The translations under genes were made by a program, and so were the position numbers. The notes below the pieces were generated by a model. It worked only from the letters and a program-made list of their open reading frames with translations. It searched no databases and was not told where the DNA came from. A DNA stretch of 63,982 bases, the filler included, from Basidiobolus ranarum (Eukaryota), in NCBI GenBank assembly GCA_040143965.1. It is 3 parts of 3 records of this genome, joined end to end, with 100 filler letters (N's around TTAATTAATTAA, not from the genome) between each part and the next. Parts side by side here need not be neighbours in the genome. Positions count along the whole stretch, not along the records: positions 23,263 to 46,387 come from JASJQH010000173.1; positions 46,488 to 63,982 come from JASJQH010000303.1; 1 more part is not named here. One strand, written 5' to 3'. Positions within the stretch are counted from its first letter, which is position 1. Every line of letters starts with the position of its first letter. Positions 39,406-52,105 of the stretch are shown piece after piece.

Positions 39406-39706
39406 TGTTGAAGTATTTTGGGAGTTTGTTGGAAGTGGTTTGGAGAACCAGAAGAATTGATGGTTTTCACTTTTTGATTTATTGAGTATTCAGTTGGCAT
39501 TTATAGTTTTGTCAAGATGTAAATAAATAAACGTGTAGAATGTGTTAAGGAAGGCCCCAGGAACATGTGTGCAAAGTTTGGGGCTTCTAGCACAAGTTTG
39601 AAAAATCTATAAATGTCAACTGAATACTCAATAAATCAAAAAGTGAAAACCACCAATTTCTCCAATTCTCCAAACCACTTCCAACAGGCTCCCAAATACT
39701 TTAACA
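39406..39706. mobile_element. Fold-back LTR derivative with ~100-bp inverted arms
   Basis: 39406-39611 matches the first ~205 nt of the LTR as written at 47025; 39607-39706 is the reverse complement of its first ~100 nt. TGTTG...TAACA ends. Confidence 0.85.
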
Positions 39707-40897
<1,191 letters not shown>

Positions 40898-42310
40898 ATT
40901 ATGTGCAGTAATGTAGAGAATTGATGTATTCAACAAGAAACAGAAAACTGGTTGGTTTTATAAAATTCGAAGTTCCTGGGCTTTGTAGTCAGTGTGACTT
41001 GAGGATGTTTCCTAAAAAAGAAATATCGCCACTTATCTCCACTTCGTATATGCTCTTACAGCGAATGTATCTCAACTATGAATGATTCACACTGAGTGAA
41101 GTACAATCATTTAAGCACCTTATGATAACCCTTAAGTGATCTTGGAGTTGAAAAGTTTGCTTAGTGGTGTTGTCACAATTTTGCTGAATGCATTGTAACC
41201 ATAATCACCTCACCTGAGAAGGATGCTGATTGAGTCACACTCTGTCATGTCTCATCACTAATCGATTTAACAACTTGAGAGTGAACCTGAACCGCAGTCG
41301 GCCAGAGAATAGTTAATCGAATTTCTAATAGCAATTTGTTGGTTGAAATCAGAAATAAACATACATTACGTTATATGATGATTACAAATATACTGTTCTA
41401 CGTCATTTACTGAGAAGAATCTGATAGTAATGTATTAAACGTTAATGAAGTTGATTATCAAGACCAAATATGGAAACAGTATTAAGAGAAATATAGAAAA
41501 ATATTGCATCCTGAAGCCTGGAAATAGTTGACTAAACTATTCGCACTCAGCCTGGAGTGTGTGGCACAAGGTGAGAAAATTGATTCATATGCTAAGAATC
41601 TAGAAGAGCTAGAGTTGACCGCTATTATCAGCCTCGAATCTGCTTCGAATCTCTAATCATCTCAGGATTACACCATTTGGTTTGTATCAAATAATCACAT
41701 TTGTACTCAATAAGCTCATCAAATCATAAACGCACCTCACCTAATTCATGCCTTGGGATTGGTCATCAAGGCTCCGAATTAAACAGAATGAGACGGATCA
41801 CTTCGACCCATATGTGAGAAATAATTATACCGAAATCGCATTTAGTAACATAAATTGGCTAATTTATCAGTATCATGCAAGCTTTGGGATCAATTGGTTG
41901 AATGGAATTACCTAAATCTGACTATATTAGACATCCAACACCAAAAGCCATGATTTTTGGAGATTGGTTGGCCAGTTAGGTGCTACTACCTCCGACTCTG
42001 TTTCGCCGAGAGAATGGAATTGGGGTGAGCTTGTGAAAGCATATCCGAGGATGCCAATCAACCACCACTGCTCTATATGTCATGCCCAATCCTATGATCC
42101 GTTTCTTTGAGTATCCCTGAGTCACTTTGTGATCACGAATTGGGCTCATATAAAAGCTGAGATAGCTGTTGATAAATTAGTATCCTCGCCTCAGCGAACA
42201 ATCTTCTATCACAGAGAATATCTGGTGTCTACCTGCGAAGTCAGTCACAGCTCCGCATCTCTACGCCTTTACTAGCGTTAGCTCATCAGATTACATTACT
42301 GAATATTATT

Positions 42311-42634
42311 ATGGATACCAATTGGTGCACCGCCTGTGACAAACACATCGATTTCGATGGTCTATACTGCAGTCAGCAATGCCGCATGCAGGATGCTAAA
42401 GCAAATCCCGTTAGCTCACCTACTCTGACGTATGAAAATCGCCGTCCTAGTGTCTGCAGCATTCGCTCACCTACCTCTCCCAAGGCCGCTTTCTCGTCGC
42501 CACCTCTCTCTCCATACCAATCGTATTCCTATGACAAAATATCACCGCCTCATTTCTCTCTGAGTCAGAACTATTGCGGTCGTTCATATGGCAAAGTAAC
42601 ACCCGTTCTAACCAAGCGACTATACGCTATGTAA
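42311..42634 (+). CDS. Ecl1-family small zinc-binding protein, copy 1
   Basis: MDTNWCTACDKHI...LYCSQQCRMQD (CxxCDK...LYCSxxC..D) followed by an S/P-rich tail; TATA at ~42148. Confidence 0.82.
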   Translation: MDTNWCTACDKHIDFDGLYCSQQCRMQDAKANPVSSPTLTYENRRPSVCSIRSPTSPKAAFSSPPLSPYQSYSYDKISPPHFSLSQNYCGRSYGKVTPVLTKRLYAM

Positions 42635-43771
42635 TTGAACGAAACATTCATATTCTTTTTTCTTTCTTTACTTCTTACAAACGGACATTTAACATTTTTC
42701 AATTCCATCAGTTTATATTTTTGAGTATTTGTACAGTACCTATAGTTTCCAATATTTTTTATCATTCCACACATAATAATCCTTCTGTAAAATGGAAAAA
42801 AAATTCCAAAACCCACAAAACCCCTCATCAGCTACGGTATATCTTACTAGAATTGCGCTATTACATAAAACGATTGTTGTGAAAAACTTCTTTGGTTTAT
42901 GTGGATTCGTGACCTCTACTGTATAGCCACGCGAACTAGCCACTCATGATGCCTAAAGAACAATCACACAACCCGCAATCACATCTAGAAGCTAAACTAT
43001 CAGTCAATGAACTCACCCAACCGTGCCCACCCGCTACACTATCACTGTAAATGACCTCACGCAATCATATATTTCACCTTCCTTCCTGCGAACCTTCTAT
43101 GGACAATCTTCACTTCCGGCACACCCTGTCACGAGAACTCGACATTCGTCAGCCGTCAATACCAAATATATCTTCAAACTGGAATTCAATTGAATCAATA
43201 ATATTCCCAATGCACTAATCTAAATAAAATTTATCCGAGCATGTACGCTACCACACTATCTTGACTCAGATTTGTTCCATCCTCCGAATTCTTCCTAGTA
43301 TCCCTCTAAAAATAAGCATTAGATAGTAAATATTGGTATCCGGGATTGCCTATTGGAACCTTAATGAGGATTCTTAGATCACCATCTTATCAATAGATAA
43401 CTTAACATGACGTCGGGGATTCAATTACCCTTCTTGTCAATGAGGGCTGGATGCGTAAATGAGTAAATCTATGCAATTGAATTTTTAATGTGCTTTATTC
43501 GTAACGATTGGTTCCTTTTCCAGGATTAGATTAGAAGCTGGACTTTACGAACAAACAGTGGGTGATTGCTAGGACGTCACGTAACTATAAGCAGGTACAC
43601 ATTATATTGCTTCGATTATGGTTTAACAAGCAATCGTTTTTACCTGTTTAGTGCGGTTGCGCCATTCTGATTATATATCAATAATAATTTGAATATGAGG
43701 ACACCCATTATGTTGAGATGACCACAGAGATGGCGAAATCCTTGCTGGTTGTTTAACTTTACTGAATGTGG

Positions 43772-43852
43772 TTTACTGGTTGCTTAATGTTACTGAATGT
43801 GGTTTACTATGTGCTTAACTCGGACTAAATCGGTTTACCAACTGCTTAAGGC
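43772..43852. repeat. Degenerate ~31-bp tandem repeat, about 3 units (core ACTGAATGTGGTTTACT)
   Basis: TTACTGAATGTGGTTTACT twice, third unit ACTAAATCGGTTTACC, each followed by TGCTTAA. Confidence 0.65.
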
Positions 43853-44586
43853 TAGGATCAAGATGTCGATCACCCAGTGTTTGATTTCAATGCGTATGAC
43901 AGTGATGTCAGTCTCAGTATATGCCCATAATGGACATTTGGGTTCTAACTACCAATCTATTAGTCATGTATGAAATAAATGAGTGCTTAAGGTCTAAATA
44001 AATGAGTACTAAGGATCAACAAAAGAGTGGTCTAAACCTGTAAAATAGGATTTCTTACCGAACTGATCATTGAGCTGTCTAAGGGCTATATTACTGCTGA
44101 CTCTTAAACACGGACAAGAAAATCATGGCTTATCTGCCGATATCTCGATATTTAAATGGATCTGCCAAGAAACAATACTCCATCATAGTCAGACGAGGTT
44201 TCAGGACAAGGAATGGGGGTGAGGAAAAGGATGGGAGTAAAAGCGGTTCGAGGAATAATCGAATGCTCATTACTGTGATGATATTAAAAGATTCACTAGG
44301 AGCCACTCAATATTCACTCGCTCAAGTGATAGGAGGAGTGATGTCAATTCAGATCACATTATTGAAATCAATCACACGATTGGACTAGAGTCAATCGTGC
44401 TCACGAACTACCTTTATAAATAATCAGTGTTGCCACCTCTTCGAGCTTTGCCGTTAACCATAACGATTACATAGACTTGAACTCATTCTTTGGTCTTTTC
44501 TCCATTCGGCTCGCCAGTGATTGTTTTGATAGCAATATCTCATCTCTAACCCTACCCTAAAGCTAAACAACTCGTTGTCGCTTACT

Positions 44587-44871
44587 ATGGATACTAACTG
44601 GTGTACTATGTGTGATAAGCATGTTGCCTTTGATGATGACTTGTACTGTAGCGTAATGTGTCGACTTCAGGACTCCTCGACTCAGGAAATGGTTCCAGCT
44701 GGCCTTACTTACCAAAGGAAATGCTCTAGTGTTTCCACCTGCAGTGTGCGGAGCCCTTCACTGAAAGCTTACTTGCCCTCTCCGCCACTCTCACCCATGA
44801 ATTTTCAGTATAAGGGGAGGAGCAATAAAATCTCCCCTCCCAACTTTCATCTTGGGGGTTCTGCTTACTAG
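44587..44871 (+). CDS. Ecl1-family small zinc-binding protein, copy 2
   Basis: MDTNWCTMCDKHV...LYCSVMCRLQD; shares CS.RSP, SPPLSP and KISPP.F.L with copy 1. Confidence 0.82.
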   Translation: MDTNWCTMCDKHVAFDDDLYCSVMCRLQDSSTQEMVPAGLTYQRKCSSVSTCSVRSPSLKAYLPSPPLSPMNFQYKGRSNKISPPNFHLGGSAY

Positions 44872-46145
44872 CGAAACCTTTTAATATAAACGACAATTAC
44901 ACTACATCTGAGCGCAATCCTATAATTCCAACCCAACACCATGGAAAGCACAGCTAGTTCACTCCCAAGTGAATCTCCTTTCTTTGAATACACAATATAC
45001 ACCAAAATTCCATCCTCATTCAATGATTTCTTGGACTACTAAAACTCCCCCCGAATCATATTTTGTTTATAAATGCTTGGTTGCCAAATTTTGTCCTCTT
45101 CGCAATTGTATATTATTAAAATATCTTTAATATATAAACTTGTCCATCAAGCCACTTATAATGGAACACTTCATTTCATTTAAATCGGTGGCTTATTGCG
45201 GCAGTCACTTGACGCACCCTCACTTAGTGTTGAGGTGGAAAATTAGGCTTGTAATAGACATCAGCCCACCTATGAAGACGTGTAGTCCTGAAATGCATTA
45301 AGACCCAGCCCAACTATTGCTGATCAACAAGTATTGAAAGCACGGCACGTGCAGCAGTATTGGCTCACGATATTAGTCAGAATCAACCATTAGAACAGGA
45401 ATGGCTGATTAGTAGCTGATAATTGGTCAAAACTGACTACTCAATCTTGGTAGTGAATCATTCTAGTATTGCATACACGTACTCAACAATGAAACATAAT
45501 AAAAACTTGAATCCTTTACCGGTACTGCTACTGCAACTTTTAAATTGTATTGCTTACAGGAGCCATGAGAATACTAATATATGCATAAACTTTGTATCTT
45601 CTAAACTACAGGGTGTCATGTTATGCTTTAGACATGATTACCTTGTTGACGACATTAATTGTCTTTCCCGGATTTATCTTCATTTTCCCACTGCTGCTTT
45701 TTTGTTGAAACTGACTATAGGAATTTCATTACCTGGTATACACTAGCACTCATGATTGATTCACTTTTTTGCAAGCACTTTTTAAATTGTAATATCTCTG
45801 GATTCACTCCATGATTCAACTTTATATTTGTTGCATAGCCCAATCAGAACCCAAATAGCTGTCTCTAATATTATCACAGTGATTCCACAACTCTTAGTTG
45901 TGTTCAGCACTCATTTTTTTTAAATTATTTTTTTACCAGAATTAAAGGTGTATAGGATGTTCAAATATGGCCAGGCTCATGTGTAACCACGATGGATTTT
46001 GGAGTTATATACAACTAAGAACTGTTATATGGAAAATTACTTATTCTTTTGCCATTATTTGCTAAACTCTGGATAAAAAGACATTTTAAGTGGTGTACTC
46101 ATGGTAGCTGAACTAGCAAAATATTCTAAAATGGACGCTCAGATA

Positions 46146-46387
46146 TGTTTAAGTATTTGGGAGCCTGTTGGAAGTGGTTTGGAGAATTAGAGTGTTGGAG
46201 GATCTTGACATAATGGGGGTAGACTTTGAGTATTAGAAGCAACTTATGATAGTGTGTTTTAGTTAGTTTATTCTTGAGAGTATATGGTGACTTATATAGT
46301 AGAAAAGTAAATCAATTGTTTGAGATATTCAGGAGTTTGTGTAATAAGATATAATAGATAAGTGGGGGTAATAAGACATACTTGTTA
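46146..46387. mobile_element. End of a copia LTR (46146-46192) interrupted by a different TGTTG-starting element (46193 to gap)
   Basis: First 47 nt match 47025-47071, then the sequence switches abruptly to an unrelated TGTTGGAGGATC... sequence. Confidence 0.65.
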
Positions 46388-46487
46388 NNNNNNNNNNNNN
46401 NNNNNNNNNNNNNNNNNNNNNNNNNNNNNNNTTAATTAATTAANNNNNNNNNNNNNNNNNNNNNNNNNNNNNNNNNNNNNNNNNNNN
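46388..46487. other. Artificial assembly spacer (44 N + TTAATTAATTAA + 44 N)
   Basis: Same structure as 23163-23262. Confidence 0.97.
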
Positions 46488-47372
46488 ATTGATGTCTTGA
46501 TTGTCACTTTGTTTAGATTAGTATTCAAGCTAAATAAAGTCTACACCATCTGGTGCTTTTCATCCCCTCTAACCCTTACCAGAACATCTATACCCTAAGT
46601 GCCTCTATTAATTAGTGATTTAATGTCTTCTCCTGGCTTCATCTGTAAGTTCAAAAATTGTCTTCTTAGAAACATCTTGTTGGCAGCAGAGCTTGTTTGG
46701 TAGGTGTCTTCCAAGGCTTTCCATACCTTCTTGGCAGTTTTAGGTCTTGAACATTGAATTAGCAATTTGTATTTAACATTAAGACAAGTTGTGCTAAGGG
46801 CACTTTGTTCTTTTTTAACCTGGAATAAAACTTTGGTTTCAGATAGCTTTGCATAGTTTTCTTCTCTTACAACAGTGTCCCAAAGTCCTTTTTCTTGCAG
46901 CAGCATTTTCATTTCAATTTTCCAAACTTGATAATTGGTTCCATCCAATCTTTAAGAAGAGGGAAAAGTTCCATAAACTTGAGAAGTAGACATTACAGAG
47001 AGTGCAAGCTTGGGGCTCATAGCCTGTTAAAGTATTTGGGAGCCTGTTGGAAGTAGTTTGGAGAATTAGAGTAATTGGTGTTTTTCACCCATTGATTTAT
47101 TGAATGGAAAGTTGACATTTATAGTTTTGTTGAGATGTAATCGAACTAACATGTATAATGTGTTAAAGAAGGTCCCAGGAGCATGTGTGCAAAATTTGGG
47201 GCTTCTAGCATAAGCTTGAGAATATATCTATATCTGAGAACTTCTAAGTTTATAAAAATATTCTAAGTAAATTCCTCATGAGAATAATGGATAATACCTT
47301 AGCTCAATATAGGATAACTAAGTACTAAGCTATATATGACTATATAGGTGTTTAGGCAATGCAATTTTCAAC
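46488..47372 (-). mobile_element. Defective Ty1/copia LTR retrotransposon: 5' LTR (~47372-47025), PBS (47024-47013), disrupted gag (46993-46595)
   Basis: On the minus strand the LTR ends ...TTAACA and is followed directly by GGCTATGAGCCC. Gag reads LDGTNYQVWKIEMKMLLQEKGLWDTV...TAKKVWKALEDTY...LRRQFLNLQM, with an in-frame TAA at codon 14. Confidence 0.9.
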
Positions 47373-48778
47373 CAAAAATTCCACAAAAAATTTTATTTAT
47401 ACAGAGTAAGATATGAATCTTGATAATTTTAGAATAAAGTCAACTGCTAAGGTTGAACTAGCCACTGTCAAAGTTGTACAATGATTGATATCCAAGACGA
47501 AGAACTCACCTACATGATCGCAAGTTTCTCCTGCCAGGTAAGTGTGTTTATCAACTACAGAAAAGCTCAGCGTCTAATCAAATCCTACAATTATGTACAT
47601 TGTGACAAAGGAAATTGAATATCAAACGTTGAAACGATAGCCATTTGTTAGACATTTAACTAATTTGTTGTACTCGGTTGCGTCACTTTGTTGCTAATAT
47701 CACTCGTTACAAGATACTTAAATAGCAGTAATGTATCTGGCCACTTGAACATGTCAACTTCTTCAATTGTTGACATTACTCAAGGATAGCAACACGTTTG
47801 CTTCTTCAACTCTATGTACTTGAATGAAGTGGAGCAGAAATAGTGAGCAGTTAAATATAGATTCCTGACTGAAATTTTTATCCGAAAGGTATGCTATGGC
47901 TATGTCTAGAGGAACGTAGCGACGTATTTGATCTAACACCAAATTGGAGTGAAACAAATGTTGCTAATATAATAATTGGTCGTCTTTTTGTTGGTGTATA
48001 CCAATATTTAAAACTGATCGGAGATTTGTAGATTGATATAAATTAATAATTTAACGATACCAACTCAGCTAACAATATTTTGGGACTAATTGGCAGAACG
48101 AGGGATAATCTAAATGCTGTGGAGTAAACTACTACAGTAGCAAAACAAAAGCTCTGTTACAAACAATGAATGCTATTCTTTCCTTTGCTGTTGCTAGTGC
48201 TGAAAATGACACAATAATTGAATACCATCGCGATCTCAATCAGGCGGGGATCGCGATTTATGCTAAATCGGGAAGTTAGCACTAATTTAATATTAGTGAT
48301 GGAACTTAGGCTAACTCTAATCAGTATTAGCTCACTGATGGAGTTAGCCCAGAAAGTTCAACTGACATATCATAACTGGGGAAACCAATTGTCTTGGCTA
48401 CACCTGTGCGAAGTTTCATTAATTAGGAAAGTATATGAGGGAAGCTATGGGGCATTGAAACCCATTTCGACGCTCATCACACTTGTATAAATTAGAAAAT
48501 CGAGCTCCGATTTGTAGTGTTACAAGCCACCAATTTCGCTCATCCAATTTAAATTCTAGCTGCGAAAAATTCCCAATTTAGATATTCAAAATCATGCCAA
48601 GTATTTGAAAGATCTGCACATCTTGAGAAAATTTCTATATTTGTAGAGTTTTTCACAAAAATGAACCTGATTAACGGCTCTAAAAATTTTATATATACTA
48701 GAAATCAAGGGAGTTTGGTATTTCTGCGAGTGGTATAAATGCGGACCATTCTCTCCCATTCCTTTTATTCTCATCCTC

Positions 48779-50347
48779 ATGCTTTCCTTTTTACCCGCGC
48801 TCGCATTACTCCCCTTCTTACCAGTCCATGCATGGACCACCGTTACTCCGGTCCAGAAACTGTTCCCGAAGGTGACGCTGGATACCGTCATTGCCTTTAT
48901 TCCTGAGAAGAAATCTGCACCCGCTATAACATCTGCCCAGGCTACGAAAATTGCAACGTCCATCTTTGCTCCTACTGCCTATGGTCTTTCCAAGCGATAC
49001 AATGACTATTCATCTGGCGCCATTACAATGACTGGCATCAATTCCGATCCCTATGTCACTGTGAAATACATAAATACTGGTGTAGACTCCTGTGACCGTG
49101 GCAAGATTATTGCTGCTGTCAATGCTGCCATTGCTCCCGCCAAGCCCACTAGACTCATCATCGTTCAGAACACCCGCAAGCCAACATGTCCTGGGTATGC
49201 TGACAACAGCGGCACTGATACTATGGTGTGGACACTCGACGCCCTTAATCCGCACGTTTTGTTCCATGAACTTGGCCACAGTCTATCATTCCCTCATCCT
49301 GTTACTTCGGCATGCTATACCAAGACTGGCCCAGTTACGATGAGCTCCAACTGCACATCCGTTGACGGTGAATATTTCCAGAGCATGGGAGTTATCTCTC
49401 ACGATTCTCCCTGGTACAAGTCTGATGGTGTTACCAATATCGATACCAAAACCGACGGCATGATGGAATACAGCTCATATAACAGACTTTCTTCTAAATG
49501 GCCCTTACTCAAGGAAGCTAATGTTCTCGATGTTAGTAGTTCTGGAACTTACAAGCTCTACAACAGCGAATCATTTGGTATTGGAAACAAGACGGCTGTG
49601 CTCAGAATTCCGCTCAATCCACCCATCAAGATTGCCAACGATATTATCTCAACTGGTGTAACCTACCATACTCACTACTATGTTGATTTTACCCAGCGTC
49701 GTCCAAACACTGCGGCTGGCGGCGTGTACAACTACATTGTCATTCGCTCAGCTCCAGATCACAGATCGAAGCGCTCTACAGTTACCCGCTTTATGATGGC
49801 CAGGTCCAAGGATGACTCTTCATTTGGCACCAGCTTTAATGATGGATACCACAAAATCAAGATCAATCTCAGCTCAATGTCTTCTACTGAGGCTACTGTC
49901 GACATTTCTTTCCCTTCAGACTACACTCTTCCCAGCAACGTCAACCAGTGCTATTTTTCGGCCACTATCGACACTAAACGTGCTGTTACCGTAAATGATG
50001 CCAACGTCTGTAGAGCCCTGTCCCGCGACAACCTTCCATCCATTGGAAACTTTAATGGCACACATTGCCTTATCCCATACAGTAATGTCGGACATATTCA
50101 TCCTATGCCAGATATCGAGTTCCTTCACTGTCTGAACACCCCCAAGTGGATTTCCAATAAGAGCTCCGTCATGGATAATGGGTTTGACATATGGGGCGAT
50201 GGCGACCAGCTGGTCTGCAAGACGACCATTGATGGCGTTGTCTATCAAGGCCGTGGCACATTTAACATATGCTGTGTCTACTACAACCAAGGTGAAAAGT
50301 GTCTAACAAATGATCCTTCCACCGTTTATCTTTCCTGGATATCTTAA
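48779..50347 (+). CDS. Secreted metzincin metallopeptidase (M11/gametolysin-like) with C-terminal DM9-like repeats, intronless
   Basis: Signal peptide, HELGHSLSFPH (HExxHxxxxxH), downstream SMG putative Met-turn; C-terminal VCRA...IG...CLIPY and LVCK...YQGR...CCVYYNQGEK resemble DM9 (DUF3421) repeats. TATAAA at ~48734. Confidence 0.72.
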   Translation: MLSFLPALALLPFLPVHAWTTVTPVQKLFPKVTLDTVIAFIPEKKSAPAITSAQATKIATSIFAPTAYGLSKRYNDYSSGAITMTGINSDPYVTVKYINTGVDSCDRGKIIAAVNAAIAPAKPTRLIIVQNTRKPTCPGYADNSGTDTMVWTLDALNPHVLFHELGHSLSFPHPVTSACYTKTGPVTMSSNCTSVDGEYFQSMGVISHDSPWYKSDGVTNIDTKTDGMMEYSSYNRLSSKWPLLKEANVLDVSSSGTYKLYNSESFGIGNKTAVLRIPLNPPIKIANDIISTGVTYHTHYYVDFTQRRPNTAAGGVYNYIVIRSAPDHRSKRSTVTRFMMARSKDDSSFGTSFNDGYHKIKINLSSMSSTEATVDISFPSDYTLPSNVNQCYFSATIDTKRAVTVNDANVCRALSRDNLPSIGNFNGTHCLIPYSNVGHIHPMPDIEFLHCLNTPKWISNKSSVMDNGFDIWGDGDQLVCKTTIDGVVYQGRGTFNICCVYYNQGEKCLTNDPSTVYLSWIS

Positions 50348-51749
50348 TGGCTAAATTTTTTATGGGTAGTAGTTGCTTTGACGATTACAATAAATCAACG
50401 ACAAGTTTAATATCAATTATAAAACTGATTTCTGGGCTTATTCAGGTAAGACTAATAGTTGCTAGTAGTTGATTGTTTTAAAACTTAGAATAATACCAGA
50501 CACCATGTCTCCTAAATATATTTTAGAAATTCTAAAGAGTCCTATTTTTATAATAATGAGAGATAATAAATTTATTTTAAAATAATAGTATAATGAGGTA
50601 AGTTAACCGCATTGTTGCCCTTGGGAGTAATAGTTTGGTCGGGTGATAAAATTTCAGCGAAGAAAGTGTTGCCAAACTGGATGGTTAACTGAACTCTTTA
50701 GTAAATAATAAAGTATAAAATTTTTCATAGATAAAATGTTTATTTAAAAGCTAAAGTTCACCATCAATATTTGGTGGCACGCTACAATAACTATAAAAAA
50801 ACAGCGCATTCGTTTTGGTTCGCTGATATTTACTGATAAGAATCATGCTTTTAGCGCAAACCAGTTCTTTACTGATGAGTTGTTGCCTATCTCAATCTGT
50901 TAAACCATATATGTCGTATCGGATTGAGGTCCCGGCTCTTGCTGTAATATGTGTACGCCCAGCACTCATGCGCTTTGCACGTTCAACAATGGATTCGACT
51001 TCTTCTGGCAAGTTGAAATCATGCGTATGTACGAGGGTAAAGGTTAATATTTCAGAGCAGCTCCTGTTTAATCCTGTTCTTCAGTTATATTTCTCAGAAT
51101 TACTGATTGACCAATGTACTGGTTTTGAGTGAACAGTAATCTGTAAAGAATGCTATTATTCTTTATTAACTATTATTTGAAACATAAAAATTGCTATATT
51201 ATATAGATGATACTACAATTTCTAGTATACAATTTAAACATTATTGTTACCTATATATATACCAAACGCACAGGTTATTCTTTTTTTTGTTAAATACTTA
51301 TAAATATTGTTGTGGTAAAGTTGACAATATTCAAATAAATGTTTGAGATTTTATGAGGTGCTTGAGCTGTTTGTGCTACCAATAAATGCGGCTTTTATTC
51401 ATCTGATGCAGCGGTAACTTGCAAACGTGTTCTTTTCCAATACATTACATACAAAAGACACATGGTTGGGTTTGACTGGGCACTTCTTCTGCACCTGCTG
51501 ACGTCCATTCTGTTTCGGTGTTTGTGTTTATTTAAAGACAAGTTCAAATAGATGTATGCATTTGTCCTAATTGAATTTTTCTTTAGTCCAACCGTGCAAA
51601 AAAGTATCTAGCTTTGCTAGTGGTGGATATCCTTCAGAATAGTAGACGTATATTCGTATGTATGTATATATATCTATCACCATTCATGGTGTCACATCGA
51701 GCAGATTTTCTCTATGCCTAACGCACTATTCTCAATTGGAATGTACTTC

Positions 51750-52105
51750 GAACATTTTTACCAACTTAGAAGTTCTCGGATATATAGATTTTGAAACTTG
51801 TCCTAGAAGCCCCAAACTTATCAATTTCTCTAGTTCTCGAAACCACTTCCAACAGGCTTCCAAAATACTTTAACACAGACAAGCATGTAGAATATCCTAA
51901 GAAATGTTTCAGATACATGTGTGCAAAGTTTGGAGCTTTTAGGACAAGTTTGAATAACTACATATCTCTGAACTTCTCAGTTGGTAAAAATTTTTTAGGT
52001 TAATTCCAATTGAGAAAAGTGAGCAATATTGTAGTTAAATATGGAACAACTAAATACTGAGCTATATATAACTATATATTTGTTTATGCTATGCTAATCT
52101 TAACA
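51750..52105. mobile_element. Two partial copia LTRs in opposite orientation (~51750-51875, ~51878-52105)
   Basis: CTAGAAGCCCCAAACTT...CCACTTCCAACAGGCT...CTTTAACA, then CATGTGTGCAAAGTTTGG...AACTAAATACTGAGCTATATA...TTAACA. Confidence 0.8.

Noticed and set aside
43772..43852. ~31-bp periodic repeat considered as CRISPR-like
   Set aside because: Only about 3 degenerate units, no unique spacers of proper length, no cas genes, eukaryotic context.
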